Assembly (NCBI GenBank): GCA_041586615.1
Contig: JBFGZS010000010.1
Location: forward strand, 10,340-74,339
Length of the DNA: 64,000 nucleotides
Source of the DNA: Motiliproteus sp.
GTDB lineage: Bacteria > Pseudomonadota > Gammaproteobacteria > Pseudomonadales > Balneatricaceae
Reading direction: 5' to 3'
The notes beneath the pieces were generated by a model that saw only the letters and a list, made by a program, of their open reading frames with translations, made no database searches and was not told the origin of the DNA. Made by a program: the position numbers and the translations under genes. Positions 28,432 through 38,122 of the stretch are shown in pieces. Numbering within the stretch: position 1 is the first letter of the stretch; each line of letters opens with the position of its first letter.

Positions 28432-29967
28432 TTATGTCAGTGAGGGTTTATGCCAGTGAAGGTTATAGAGATCTTCGCGTCGATCTTTCATATTGGTCAC
28501 GGAGCCTTCGTTACGAATCAACTTCAAGCGATCCAGATCCAGGTCCGAAAACAGGATCATCTCGGTGTTGGGCGTCGCCTCCGACAGCACGGCATCGTGG
28601 GGAAAGTAGAAGTCCGACGGGGTAAAGACTGCCGACTGGGCGTACTGCACATCCAAGCTTTCCACCGACGGCAGGTTACCGACCGAGCCACAGATCACTG
28701 CATAGCATTCGTTCTCGATAGCCCGCGCCTGGGCACAATGCCGCACCCGTAGAAAACCGTTCTTGGTGTCGGTCCAGAACGGTACAAAGAGGATTTCCAG
28801 CCCTTGGGCCGCCATCAACCGGGCCAACTCGGGAAACTCGACGTCGTAGCAGATCAGAATACCGACGCGTCCGGCGTCGGTATCAAACACCTGCAGTTTA
28901 TCCCCGCCCTCGATAACCCAATCGCGCCGCTCGTGGGGTGTAATGTGCAGTTTACATTGCTCCTCTACCGAGCCGTCACGGCGACACAGGTAGGAGACGT
29001 TAAGCAGCTGCTCAGCTTTCATCAGTGGCATCGAACCGGTGATGATATTGATGTTGTATTCCACCGCCATACGCTGCATTTCATCCCGAAAGCGCTCGGT
29101 GAATGTAGCCAGAAATCGTATCGCCTGCATCTGCTGTTTGGAGTCGGTCAGCCCCATCAACGGCGCGTTGAAAAATTCGGGAAACAACGCAAAGTCACTC
29201 TTGTAGTCGGACACCGCATCGACGAAGTATTCGACCTGCTGCAAGACCTCTTCCACGCTATGAAACTGACGCATCTGCCATTGCACCACCCCCACCCGCA
29301 CCACCGTCTTGGTTTGGCTGATAGAGGAGGTATCGGGCTGATAAAAAATATTGCTCCACTCGAGCAAGGTGGCATAACCCTGGGACTTTTCATCTTCCGG
29401 GTTGTACTGACGCAGCACCCGTTTGACCTGGAAATCGTTCGACAGCTGGAAAGACAGGATGGGGTCGTAGAATTCACGCTTATCCACCCGCTCGATATAT
29501 TCCTGGGGAGGCATCTCATCGACATGCTGGTAATAACCCGGGATACGGCCACCGGCCAGAATCGCACGCAAATTCAACTGCCGGCACAGGTCCTTACGCG
29601 CTTCATACAAGCGCCGTCCCAGACGGAAGCCCCGGTACTCCGGGTGCAGCAAGACATCAAGGCCATAGAGGGCATCGCCTTTGCTGTCATTCAGGATCTG
29701 TTTACGCTTACCAATCAGATCATCGTAGGTGTGCGGGTTGCTAAAACGGCTGTATTCAACCCGCACCGTCAACGCGAGGCCAACAATCTCGTCGCCGTCT
29801 TCGATACAGATCTGGCCTTCCCGAAAATCACGCCCCAGTTTCGCCAGAGTATCCTCAGGCCAGGCGCCGCCGATATCGTCATAAACCCGATCCATCAAGC
29901 GCTTGATCCCCGGATAATCCTCGGGGGTCAGATTTCTTAGATTCAGATGAAGCTCTTCCGCTGACAT
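28432..29967 (-). CDS. Bifunctional GNAT acetyltransferase / carbon-nitrogen hydrolase (nitrilase family)
   Basis: GNAT 'LHPEYRGFRLGRRLY'; nitrilase triad 'FPEF', 'KLHITP', 'ICYDVEFPE'. Confidence 0.92.
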   Translation of the reverse strand: MSAEELHLNLRNLTPEDYPGIKRLMDRVYDDIGGAWPEDTLAKLGRDFREGQICIEDGDEIVGLALTVRVEYSRFSNPHTYDDLIGKRKQILNDSKGDALYGLDVLLHPEYRGFRLGRRLYEARKDLCRQLNLRAILAGGRIPGYYQHVDEMPPQEYIERVDKREFYDPILSFQLSNDFQVKRVLRQYNPEDEKSQGYATLLEWSNIFYQPDTSSISQTKTVVRVGVVQWQMRQFHSVEEVLQQVEYFVDAVSDYKSDFALFPEFFNAPLMGLTDSKQQMQAIRFLATFTERFRDEMQRMAVEYNINIITGSMPLMKAEQLLNVSYLCRRDGSVEEQCKLHITPHERRDWVIEGGDKLQVFDTDAGRVGILICYDVEFPELARLMAAQGLEILFVPFWTDTKNGFLRVRHCAQARAIENECYAVICGSVGNLPSVESLDVQYAQSAVFTPSDFYFPHDAVLSEATPNTEMILFSDLDLDRLKLIRNEGSVTNMKDRREDLYNLHWHKPSLT

Positions 29968-30000
29968 ACCACACCTCAATAAAACGATAAGACCTGTTGG

Positions 30001-30066
30001 CTATTAATCCGGCGGGTTAATAGACTAACTACCGAATGGATCGGTATGTTGCTGCCAAGTTAATAA
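30001..30066. repeat. Dispersed palindromic element, copy 3 (rearranged/shortened)
   Basis: 30034-30065 matches the right arm of copy 2 at 28/32. It is preceded by the mini-palindrome CTATTAA-tccggcggg-TTAATAG. Confidence 0.7.
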
Positions 30067-30211
30067 TCGATTCGAAGGCTGCCTGCAGGCCGCTATTGCC
30101 GCCTCTCTATCGCAACCGGATGCCGTGCAGAATAGAACAGTGCAGGGCTTTACACCAAATAAATGATGCCCGTACTAGGCGGCCTCCCCTCCACTCGGTT
30201 ATGCTGAGAGG

Positions 30212-30625
30212 ATGCTACAGATCTCCAACCAGGTCAGTATCCCTGACCACGAAATCGAATTGTCCGCCATCCGCGCTCAGGGCGCCGGCGGCCAGAACGT
30301 GAATAAAGTCTCCAGCGCGATTCATCTGCGCTTCGATATCCGCGCGTCCTCGCTACCCGAATACTACCAAGCGCGTCTACTGGCACTGCGCGATCAGCGC
30401 ATCACAAAAGAAGGCGTCATTGTGATTAAAGCCCAGCAGCACCGCACCCAGGAAAAGAATCGCGACGATGCACTGGAACGGTTGAAAGCGCTGATAAAAA
30501 GTGTGGCCCATGTCGAAAAGAAACGTGTGGCGACCAAGCCCACCCGCAACTCGCAGCGCAAACGCATGGACAGCAAAAACCTGCGCGGAAAAGTCAAAGC
30601 CCTGCGCAGCCGGGTCACCGATTAG
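30212..30625 (+). CDS. arfB: Alternative ribosome rescue peptidyl-tRNA hydrolase
   Basis: 'GAGGQNVNKVSSAIHLRF' (GGQ motif), 'RTQEKNRDDAL', basic tail. Confidence 0.95.
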   Translation: MLQISNQVSIPDHEIELSAIRAQGAGGQNVNKVSSAIHLRFDIRASSLPEYYQARLLALRDQRITKEGVIVIKAQQHRTQEKNRDDALERLKALIKSVAHVEKKRVATKPTRNSQRKRMDSKNLRGKVKALRSRVTD

Positions 30626-30632
30626 TTTTAGC

Positions 30633-32771
30633 TCAAGCCGGCCCGCCTTTCGGCGCAGCCATGAAGCCCTCCGGTACCGAGCGAATGTAGAGATCCTGCT
30701 GGGGAAAGGGGATCTCGATGTGATAGCGGCGGAACTGGGTCTCTATCTCCCACAAATAAATGGCATGGATCGACAGTTGTTTGGGTAGGCGGTTGTTATC
30801 GATCCAGACCACCAGTTCAAAATCCAGACTACTGGCACCGAAAGCCACCAGGCGCACCTCAACCTCGCGGTTTCCCCCTGACAGGGTATAAGGAATAGTT
30901 AACGCCGCCTCTTGAACCGCCTTCTTCACCAGATCCTTATCGCTGCCATAGGCAACGCCGAAGGGGATGTGCAGGCGCCGGGTAACATCATCCAGAGTAT
31001 AGTTAATCACCCTGCCACTGATAAATTCCGAATTGGGCACCAGAATATCGATATTATCCCGGGTCGTCAGCTGCGTACTGCGCACATTGATCGCTTTGAT
31101 CCGCCCCCGCACCCCTGACTCCAGCTCGACCACATCCCCAACCTTTAACGGCCGCTCGATCAGCAGAATCAGTCCGGAAATAAAGTTATTAAAGATCGAT
31201 TGCAGGCCGAAACCGATACCGACACTCAGGGCCCCCGCCACCAGCGCCAGATTCGTAAAGTCCAGACCGATAGAGGATAAGCCGAAGATCAGTGCCATCA
31301 GCAAAATCAGGTAATGCAGCATCTTCGAGATGGCGAACAGCGACGCCTCGGAGAAGCTGCCGAAATTCTGCCCCATATGCGCCAATGCCTTGCGAACCAT
31401 CCGGGAGATAAACATCGCCACAAACAGGATCAGACAGACACGGGTAATATCAATCGCCGTCACCGGCGTTTCATTCACGGTAAACAGCGGATAATAGATC
31501 ACGGTAAGCGTGGCATCGATACTACTGCGGAAGGAGCTATCGAACAGGCCCTGCATCAGCGCCCAGCCGGAGGCTTGGGACTGGGATTTTTTGCGGTAGT
31601 AGCCGTAGAGATAATCGACATCCTGTAACAGCAGGTCGGCCTTGTTCAGTTCGATACGCGCCTTCTGGGCCTGAATCCACAGTTTTTCGGCGATTCCCGG
31701 GCTGACGGCACCCAGATCGCCTGCGCCGGCAATCCCCTGGGACAGCTGGTCTAGAACCCCGCGCAATTTTTCGCGCTCGAAGGCCTGCTGCGTGCGCAAG
31801 CCAGTGATCTGTCCCTCCCAATCGGTCTCAACACGCGGCGGTTTGTTTTCCAGTATATCGGCGTAGGCCAGCAGCAACTCGAGTCTTAACTGCACTAACT
31901 GCGACAACCGCAACTCCGTCTCTTTTTGCAGCAGTGCCAACACCTGCGCGGGAGACGTCGCGTCTTCGGATATCTGCTTCAACTCCAGTCGCTTTATCTG
32001 GGTGGTCAGTACCTCCTGGCTTTTAACGGTTTTTTCCCATTCCTTACGTATCCGCTCCCGCTCCTCCTCAGTGGGTTTGATGCTTTCGGCCGCAGAAGCC
32101 AATGTCGCGGTCAAGGTACTCAGGTGGCTGCCCAGCAGCTTGCTGCTCTGGCGCAGCTTGCCCAGCAGCTCTTGGTTCACAAGGAAGGCCAGTTGTTGAC
32201 GCAGGATATAGACGGCCTGCATCCAACGCTCCGCGGGGTCGGCTGTCTTGCGATAGCTGACAAACAGCGTAGACAACTCCTGCTTCAACACTTTCAGCGA
32301 TACACTAAGCTGGTCATGCTCGCGCTGTTTCGTGGTGACCTTCGCCTGCAGAACCCGCCAATCGGCGTAGGCTTTCAGCCAGCCATCCAGGCTATATTGG
32401 GTCTGCAATGCCGGAGGATCCTCGGCGCGCGCATCATCCTTCAGCAACGCGCCGAGCCGTTCAAGCGTTTTACGGATAAGCCGGACTTCATCCTCGATGA
32501 CCAGTTGTGCCGGGGTGCGCGCCAGCTCTCGCTCGACCCGGGCTCGGATCATATCCAAGGTTTTTTGCTTGTTCTCCGGATCCAGCTTTTCAAACCCAAC
32601 CCACCAACCCGCCGGCAGGTTATCCAACGTCCATTCGACCAACAACGGTTCGGCACTGCCGTTAGGCTCGGCGGCCTGCGCCACCGGTGCCGAAAAACAG
32701 GCCACATACAGTGCAAGAGACAGAAAAAACCATCCGCAGGCTCCGCGCAAAAAACCACAAGCCGCTGTCAT
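30633..32771 (-). CDS. Large MscS-family mechanosensitive channel with an N-terminal periplasmic helical region
   Basis: 'GALSVGIGFGLQSIFNNFISG', 'LKVGDVV', 'IEIPFPQQDL'. Start uncertain. Confidence 0.88.
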   Translation of the reverse strand: MTAACGFLRGACGWFFLSLALYVACFSAPVAQAAEPNGSAEPLLVEWTLDNLPAGWWVGFEKLDPENKQKTLDMIRARVERELARTPAQLVIEDEVRLIRKTLERLGALLKDDARAEDPPALQTQYSLDGWLKAYADWRVLQAKVTTKQREHDQLSVSLKVLKQELSTLFVSYRKTADPAERWMQAVYILRQQLAFLVNQELLGKLRQSSKLLGSHLSTLTATLASAAESIKPTEEERERIRKEWEKTVKSQEVLTTQIKRLELKQISEDATSPAQVLALLQKETELRLSQLVQLRLELLLAYADILENKPPRVETDWEGQITGLRTQQAFEREKLRGVLDQLSQGIAGAGDLGAVSPGIAEKLWIQAQKARIELNKADLLLQDVDYLYGYYRKKSQSQASGWALMQGLFDSSFRSSIDATLTVIYYPLFTVNETPVTAIDITRVCLILFVAMFISRMVRKALAHMGQNFGSFSEASLFAISKMLHYLILLMALIFGLSSIGLDFTNLALVAGALSVGIGFGLQSIFNNFISGLILLIERPLKVGDVVELESGVRGRIKAINVRSTQLTTRDNIDILVPNSEFISGRVINYTLDDVTRRLHIPFGVAYGSDKDLVKKAVQEAALTIPYTLSGGNREVEVRLVAFGASSLDFELVVWIDNNRLPKQLSIHAIYLWEIETQFRRYHIEIPFPQQDLYIRSVPEGFMAAPKGGPA

Positions 32772-32951
32772 CCGTACGTTACCTCTACTGTTGCAAGTAT
32801 CACCTGGATACGATCAATCAACGCCGTCAGCACTGTCGGGAGTCTAGACCACAAACCTATTGGCATATACAGTAGCGGCCCGCTTTACTTTCGAAATAGG
32901 CAGGTTGCACTACACTAATATCAACTAGTTAGCGACCGAAAGGAATCTCCT

Positions 32952-33923
32952 ATGAGCGATAATGGTCTGGTGTACGGCTTCCTGCTAGATGGGAAGGGCG
33001 GGGCTAAAACACTCGCCTTGCGCGATGCGGTCAACTGGAAGCCCGAAGACGGCATCGCCTGGCTGCACTTTGACTACACCCATGACAATGCCCGGCAATG
33101 GATAGAAAACGAGGGGCATCTCGATAACCTGGTCGTCGAGGCCTTGCTGACCGGCGAGAGTCGTCCCAGAGCCACCCCCATGGGCGATGGCCTGCTCGTC
33201 GCCTTACGCGGCGTCAACCTGAGCCCGGGATCCAACCCCGAGGACATGGTCGGCATCCGTATCTGGACCGACGGCACGCGAATTATCAGTAGCCGTAAAC
33301 GTCGCCTGCTGTCGGCCAGCGACCTGGTTGAGCAGTTACACAAAGGCGATGGTCCCTGCACCGCCGGGGAGTTTCTGATTATGTTATCGGACCGGCTGAT
33401 GAGTCGTATGCAGACCACCATCGACGATACCGAAGATAAGGTTGCCTCGATCGAGGAAGAAATCCTCAGTGCCGGTGACTATAACCTGCGCAGCCAGATC
33501 GCCTCGCTGCGGCGCGAAGTTATTTCGCTACGACGTTACCTGTCGCCACAGCGCGAAGCGATGCTGCAGTTACAAACGGTCAAGATGTCCTGGCTCACCG
33601 CCGACGAGCGCCAGAGCCTGCGTGAAGTTACCGACCACCTGATCCGCTATGTCGAAGACCTGGATTCGGTCCGCGATCGTGCTGCCGTGGCGCAGGAGGA
33701 GCTGGCCAACCGGCTCGCCGAAGATATGAACAACCGGATGTATGTCCTATCGCTGGTCGCCGCGGTGTTTCTGCCGCTGGGCTTTCTCACCGGTCTGCTC
33801 GGCATCAATGTCGGCGGCATTCCGGGCGCCGAAAATCCCCTGTCGTTCTGGGTCTTTTGTGCCATGCTGGTGACACTCGTCGGATTTCAGGTCTGGATAT
33901 TTAAAAGAAAAAGTTGGTTTTAA
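32952..33923 (+). CDS. zntB: CorA-family zinc transporter (ZntB-like)
   Basis: 'WLHFDY', 'LRGVNLSPG', 'LRRYLSPQR', 'FLTGLLGINVGGIPG' (GIN motif). Confidence 0.85.
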   Translation: MSDNGLVYGFLLDGKGGAKTLALRDAVNWKPEDGIAWLHFDYTHDNARQWIENEGHLDNLVVEALLTGESRPRATPMGDGLLVALRGVNLSPGSNPEDMVGIRIWTDGTRIISSRKRRLLSASDLVEQLHKGDGPCTAGEFLIMLSDRLMSRMQTTIDDTEDKVASIEEEILSAGDYNLRSQIASLRREVISLRRYLSPQREAMLQLQTVKMSWLTADERQSLREVTDHLIRYVEDLDSVRDRAAVAQEELANRLAEDMNNRMYVLSLVAAVFLPLGFLTGLLGINVGGIPGAENPLSFWVFCAMLVTLVGFQVWIFKRKSWF

Positions 33924-34202
33924 GAGATTCTTTCCGCAATGTTCCAGCATTCATGACCTTCTGCCGGGCGGGAATCAGCCTGTATGGGGATTCCGATTGC
34001 CGGTGTCCCCTGCCACGGCGCTCGCGCATTCACGGCCTGATCGTCAGAACGCGCAACGCTATTGCGCGTTAAAGATGGATCTGGATCAATAAAGCGTCAG
34101 CAAAGAGGCCGCCACGCTACGCATCCGCGAAAAAAATGGTGCATGATTCACAGTCGCTTTATTTCAAAACGTCCTTACAAGAATCGTCGAGGTTGTACCG
34201 GC

Positions 34203-35891
34203 ATGTTCAAGCGTATCGGCAGCAAGATCATTGTGGTTTATGGAGCGATCACCATTACCGCCATGATCGGCCTGATGTGGTTTTACGCCACCCAGCAGGA
34301 AAAAAGCATTCTGGCGCAAAATGAGCTCACGATGGGCAAGATGGCCCAGAGTATCAGTGCCGGATTACAGGCCGTGATGCTGGCCGGTTACGCCGATATT
34401 GCCCAGGACTATGCGGCCAAACAGCAAGAAGTGCCGGATATTATCGATTTTCGTATTATCCGTACCGACGGCAACGCGGCCTTCCTTGACAACCGCACAA
34501 TTGATCAGGTTAACGCGCGTATCGGGGATGAAGAGTTCGTGCCCCGCGACGGGGTTCGCCAGGAGTCGGTACTGCCTCGGGATAATCCCCACCTGCTCCA
34601 GGCCATGCAAACCAGAGAGATGGTCCCGATTTATGAAACCTCCCCCACCGGGGAGCGACAATTGGTCTATCTGGCACCGATTCTAAACGCAAAGGACTGC
34701 CAGCGCTGCCACGGTAACGACAACCCCATCCGGGGTATCGTCAAAGTCACTACCTCGTTAAGTCCGGTCGAACACGCCATCCTCAAGACCCAGCATCGGG
34801 CCCTCCTCGTTTGTTTCATTATGCTGCTGATCATTTTGCTGGCCACCAGCTACTTCGTTCGCCATGCGGTTGTCAGGCCGATCAAGAATGTCACCGACGC
34901 GATGGTCAACGCGTCCCAGGGCAACCTGAATCAGTCGGTACCCATCTATGGTCGCGACGAGATCAGCAGCATGGCCACCAGCTTTAACAGCATGACCTCG
35001 CAATTGCTCACGACCTACAAGGGTCTCGAGAGTGAGCAGGACAAACTCAACACCATCATTCTTAGTGCCCGGGAAGGGATCATCATCACCAACCGGGAAG
35101 GCGAGATCGTTCTCACCAACCCTGCCGCGGCGCAATATCTGCAAAAGAGTAATCAGGAAATTCGTGAGGCAGGATTTCTGAGCATCTTCGACGATGAAGC
35201 CGCCATGCTGGGCTACCTGAGTGCCAACAACAACACCAGCCCGGTCCAGATCGACTACAAGGGACGCATTCTCAGTGTGGCGGTATCGCAGATCCATACC
35301 GAGGAAGGCAATATCAGTGGTTCCGCCGCGTTACTGCGCGATATCACCGAAGAGAAGCGCTTCGAACAGCAATTGATCAAGATATCCACCACCGATGCCC
35401 TGACCGACCTGTTCAACCGCCGTCATCTCGACCTGACCCTGGCCCAGGAGCTGGAGCGCGCGCAGCGCTACGGACAGACGTTGGCCATCCTGATGTTCGA
35501 TGTCGATCATTTTAAGAAATTCAACGATACCCACGGCCATGATCAAGGCGATCGCGTGCTGCAGTCGCTGGGTCAGACCATGAAAGACAGCGTACGCACC
35601 GTGGATATCCCCTGCCGGTATGGCGGTGAGGAGTTTCTGGTGATTCTGCCTGGCACGGCAACAGAAGGGGCGATGATTCTGGCCGAGCGGCTGCGGGAAA
35701 ACGTGGAAAACACCCGCGTCGATGGCTTACAGGTGACGATCAGTATCGGTGTCGCCTGTTTCCCCGACGCTCCGGTGGCAAGCTACGACAAGCTTATCGA
35801 GGCGGCTGACAAAGCCCTCTACGAGGCCAAAGCGGCCGGGCGTAACTGCGTACGCAAGGCCGCACCAAGCGCCGATCTGGCGTTGGCATAA
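34203..35891 (+). CDS. Diguanylate cyclase with periplasmic CxxCH haem-c sensor, HAMP and PAS
   Basis: Two TMs flanking 'DCQRCHG'; HAMP 'RDEISSMATSFN'; PAS; 'DVDHFKKFND'; RxxD + GGEEF. Confidence 0.9.
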   Translation: MFKRIGSKIIVVYGAITITAMIGLMWFYATQQEKSILAQNELTMGKMAQSISAGLQAVMLAGYADIAQDYAAKQQEVPDIIDFRIIRTDGNAAFLDNRTIDQVNARIGDEEFVPRDGVRQESVLPRDNPHLLQAMQTREMVPIYETSPTGERQLVYLAPILNAKDCQRCHGNDNPIRGIVKVTTSLSPVEHAILKTQHRALLVCFIMLLIILLATSYFVRHAVVRPIKNVTDAMVNASQGNLNQSVPIYGRDEISSMATSFNSMTSQLLTTYKGLESEQDKLNTIILSAREGIIITNREGEIVLTNPAAAQYLQKSNQEIREAGFLSIFDDEAAMLGYLSANNNTSPVQIDYKGRILSVAVSQIHTEEGNISGSAALLRDITEEKRFEQQLIKISTTDALTDLFNRRHLDLTLAQELERAQRYGQTLAILMFDVDHFKKFNDTHGHDQGDRVLQSLGQTMKDSVRTVDIPCRYGGEEFLVILPGTATEGAMILAERLRENVENTRVDGLQVTISIGVACFPDAPVASYDKLIEAADKALYEAKAAGRNCVRKAAPSADLALA

Positions 35892-36306
35892 TCCTGACAT
35901 CAGCGGCGGTCGTAAGGCCCGCGCAGACGGTAAAACCGCGCACGGTTGTCGCGCTTAACGGCGTCTTGCCGGTCATTTTATATGGCTGGGGCCTTGTGGA
36001 TAACGTCTTGTGCATAACCCTCGTCTAACGGCGCCCGGCTGGTATAGGCACTCATCACAAGGACATTATTCTGGTTCATAACGCATCACCGGCATTAGCT
36101 ACCGTCTTTCACACCTAGCACGCATTTATCCCTATGATGATAGCCCTATGATGACAGCCTAAGGATTTGACCTGCAAAGCCAACAACCAGAAAAATGATA
36201 TATGCTTATTTTCTATTGGTCTTAACGTTACCCGTCCCTTTCAGGTTGTTTTCAGTTTGGCTCGCTATTGTATCCCCGAAGCCACACTAAACTCGAGGGA
36301 CAGGAC

Positions 36307-36618
36307 ATGAAAACGCTAATCAAATCCACCATTATTGCCAGCACCTTTTTTGCCGCCAGCGTCATGGCCGCACCTGCTTATGACAGTGACATTTTCAGCC
36401 ATCCTGTCCAGGGCATTATGAGCGCAGCAGCGACAGACACGAGCAGCTTCAGCGAATTTGCTAATGTATTAAGCAGCCATCCTGTCGAAGGCTACATGAC
36501 TGACAGCTCACCGCAGACTGGCATGGCGGCGACCCACTGCCTGAACAATGACACCTTCCTCGCACTTGAGACCCATCCGGTTGAAGGTATCTTGGATATG
36601 ACCAGTCAGCGCTGCTAA
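36307..36618 (+). CDS. Small secreted hypothetical protein with three HPV[EQ]G motifs
   Basis: RBS CAGGA; Sec signal MKTLIKSTIIASTFFAASVMA; own downstream terminator. Confidence 0.75.
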   Translation: MKTLIKSTIIASTFFAASVMAAPAYDSDIFSHPVQGIMSAAATDTSSFSEFANVLSSHPVEGYMTDSSPQTGMAATHCLNNDTFLALETHPVEGILDMTSQRC

Positions 36619-36710
36619 TCACGCGAGACGGATACGTGGGTCATGTGAGTCGAGAACCGAACGGGGACGTCGAGGCCGGTCTTTCACAGCAGGCAGGGCG
36701 TCTTCGAGCA

Positions 36711-36748
36711 CTCCCAAAAAAGGCAGCCGAAGCTGCCTTTTTTGGGAG
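36711..36748. terminator. Bidirectional intrinsic terminator between the small gene and recA
   Basis: CTCCCAAAAAAGGCAGC-CGAA-GCTGCCTTTTTTGGGAG, perfect stem. Confidence 0.9.
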
Positions 36749-36762
36749 GTGATGGCTACCGA

Positions 36763-37803
36763 TTAAAAAATAATTTCACCCGTCTGCGGGTCAACTTCTT
36801 CTATTTTCTTTTTCGGCTTCGGCATTAATGCCTCACGAATCAAGCCTTCGATTTCATCGGCGACCTCAGGATTTTCCTCTAGATACTTGGCCGAATTTGC
36901 CTTGCCCTGACCAATTTTGTTGCCATTATAGGCGTACCAGGCACCCGATTTATCGACAATATCTTCCTTCACACCCAGGTCGATCAGCTCACCCATCTTG
37001 TAGATACCCTGGCCGTACATGATCTGGAATTCGGCCTGTTTAAAGGGGGGTGCCATCTTGTTCTTGACGACCTTGACGCGCGTCTCATTACCGATGACTT
37101 CGTCCTTATCTTTCACCGCACCGGTGCGGCGGATATCCAGGCGCACGGAGGAGTAGAACTTCAAGGCGTTACCGCCGGTCGTGGTTTCGGGGCTCCCGAA
37201 CATCACGCCGATCTTCATCCGGATCTGGTTGATGAAAATCACCAGGCAGTTGGCGTTCTTGATCGAACCGGTGAGCTTTCGCATCGCCTGGCTTAACAAG
37301 CGCGCCTGCACACCCAGCGATGAATCGCCCATCTCACCTTCAATCTCCGATCGTGGCACCAGCGCGGCGACCGAGTCGACAACGATGACATCGACCGCAC
37401 TGGAACGCACCAGCATATCGGTGATTTCCAGCGCCTGCTCACCGTTATCGGGCTGCGAGACCAGCAGACCATCAATATTCACACCCAGCTTTTCGGCATA
37501 GGTGGGATCAAGGGCATGCTCGGCATCGACAAAAGCACAGGTTTTACCCATCTTTTGTGCTTCGGCGATCACGCTCAACGTCAACGTCGTCTTACCGGAC
37601 GACTCCGGTCCATAGATTTCACAGATACGTCCGAATGGCAATCCGCCAATGCCCAACGCAACGTCCAACCCAATTGAGCCCGTACTGACTTTATCAACAG
37701 CAAAGTTAGCAGGGTCGTCCATCTTCATGATGGCACCCTTACCAAATTGACGCTCAATCTGGGTAAGCGCTGCGGCCAGCGCTTTCTTTTTGTTTTCGTC
37801 CAT
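36763..37803 (-). CDS. recA: Recombinase A
   Basis: 'MDENKKKAL', 'GPESSGKTT', '[28 protein letters not shown]'. Confidence 0.99.
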   Translation of the reverse strand: MDENKKKALAAALTQIERQFGKGAIMKMDDPANFAVDKVSTGSIGLDVALGIGGLPFGRICEIYGPESSGKTTLTLSVIAEAQKMGKTCAFVDAEHALDPTYAEKLGVNIDGLLVSQPDNGEQALEITDMLVRSSAVDVIVVDSVAALVPRSEIEGEMGDSSLGVQARLLSQAMRKLTGSIKNANCLVIFINQIRMKIGVMFGSPETTTGGNALKFYSSVRLDIRRTGAVKDKDEVIGNETRVKVVKNKMAPPFKQAEFQIMYGQGIYKMGELIDLGVKEDIVDKSGAWYAYNGNKIGQGKANSAKYLEENPEVADEIEGLIREALMPKPKKKIEEVDPQTGEIIF

Positions 37804-37905
37804 TGCGGTTACCTTTAACTCATCTACGGTTGATCGGCGTTGTGGCATCGAAACCTTGCGAACAATGCCTGTGGCGTATGGCGCTTACGCCCATGCCGAC
37901 ACAAA

Positions 37906-37925
37906 TACTGTATATATGCTCAGTA
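37906..37925. promoter_or_regulatory. LexA (SOS) box
   Basis: TACTGTATATATGCTCAGTA = CTG-N10-CAG, ~100 bp upstream of recA. Confidence 0.88.
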
Positions 37926-38050
37926 TTAAATCACACTCTTGCTGAAACGCAAGACTCAATTCTAGCGATTATCATCCAATCCCTCCACTGATGAGCCAGC
38001 GAATGGCTCAGGCCGTGCGGCCTCTCTTCGATGCGGCCGCCATTTCCAGT

Positions 38051-38092
38051 ACAATACCTACCTTACAATCCCTACCTTACAATCCCTACCTT
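38051..38092. repeat. 3 x 14-bp tandem repeat (ACAATCCCTACCTT) upstream of mutS
   Basis: Units at 38051, 38065 and 38079. Confidence 0.9.
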
Positions 38093-38122
38093 TTTCAGTA
38101 CTCAGCATCCACAGGGCAGAAC

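Noticed and set aside
28804-29940. 378-aa + strand ORF
   Set aside because: Antisense shadow of the GNAT-nitrilase gene.
30048-30068. Similarity of copy 3 (TGCTGCCAAGTTAATAAT) to the IS1 terminal repeat
   Set aside because: It is strong only in this copy, points outward rather than inward, and has no partner end or insAB.
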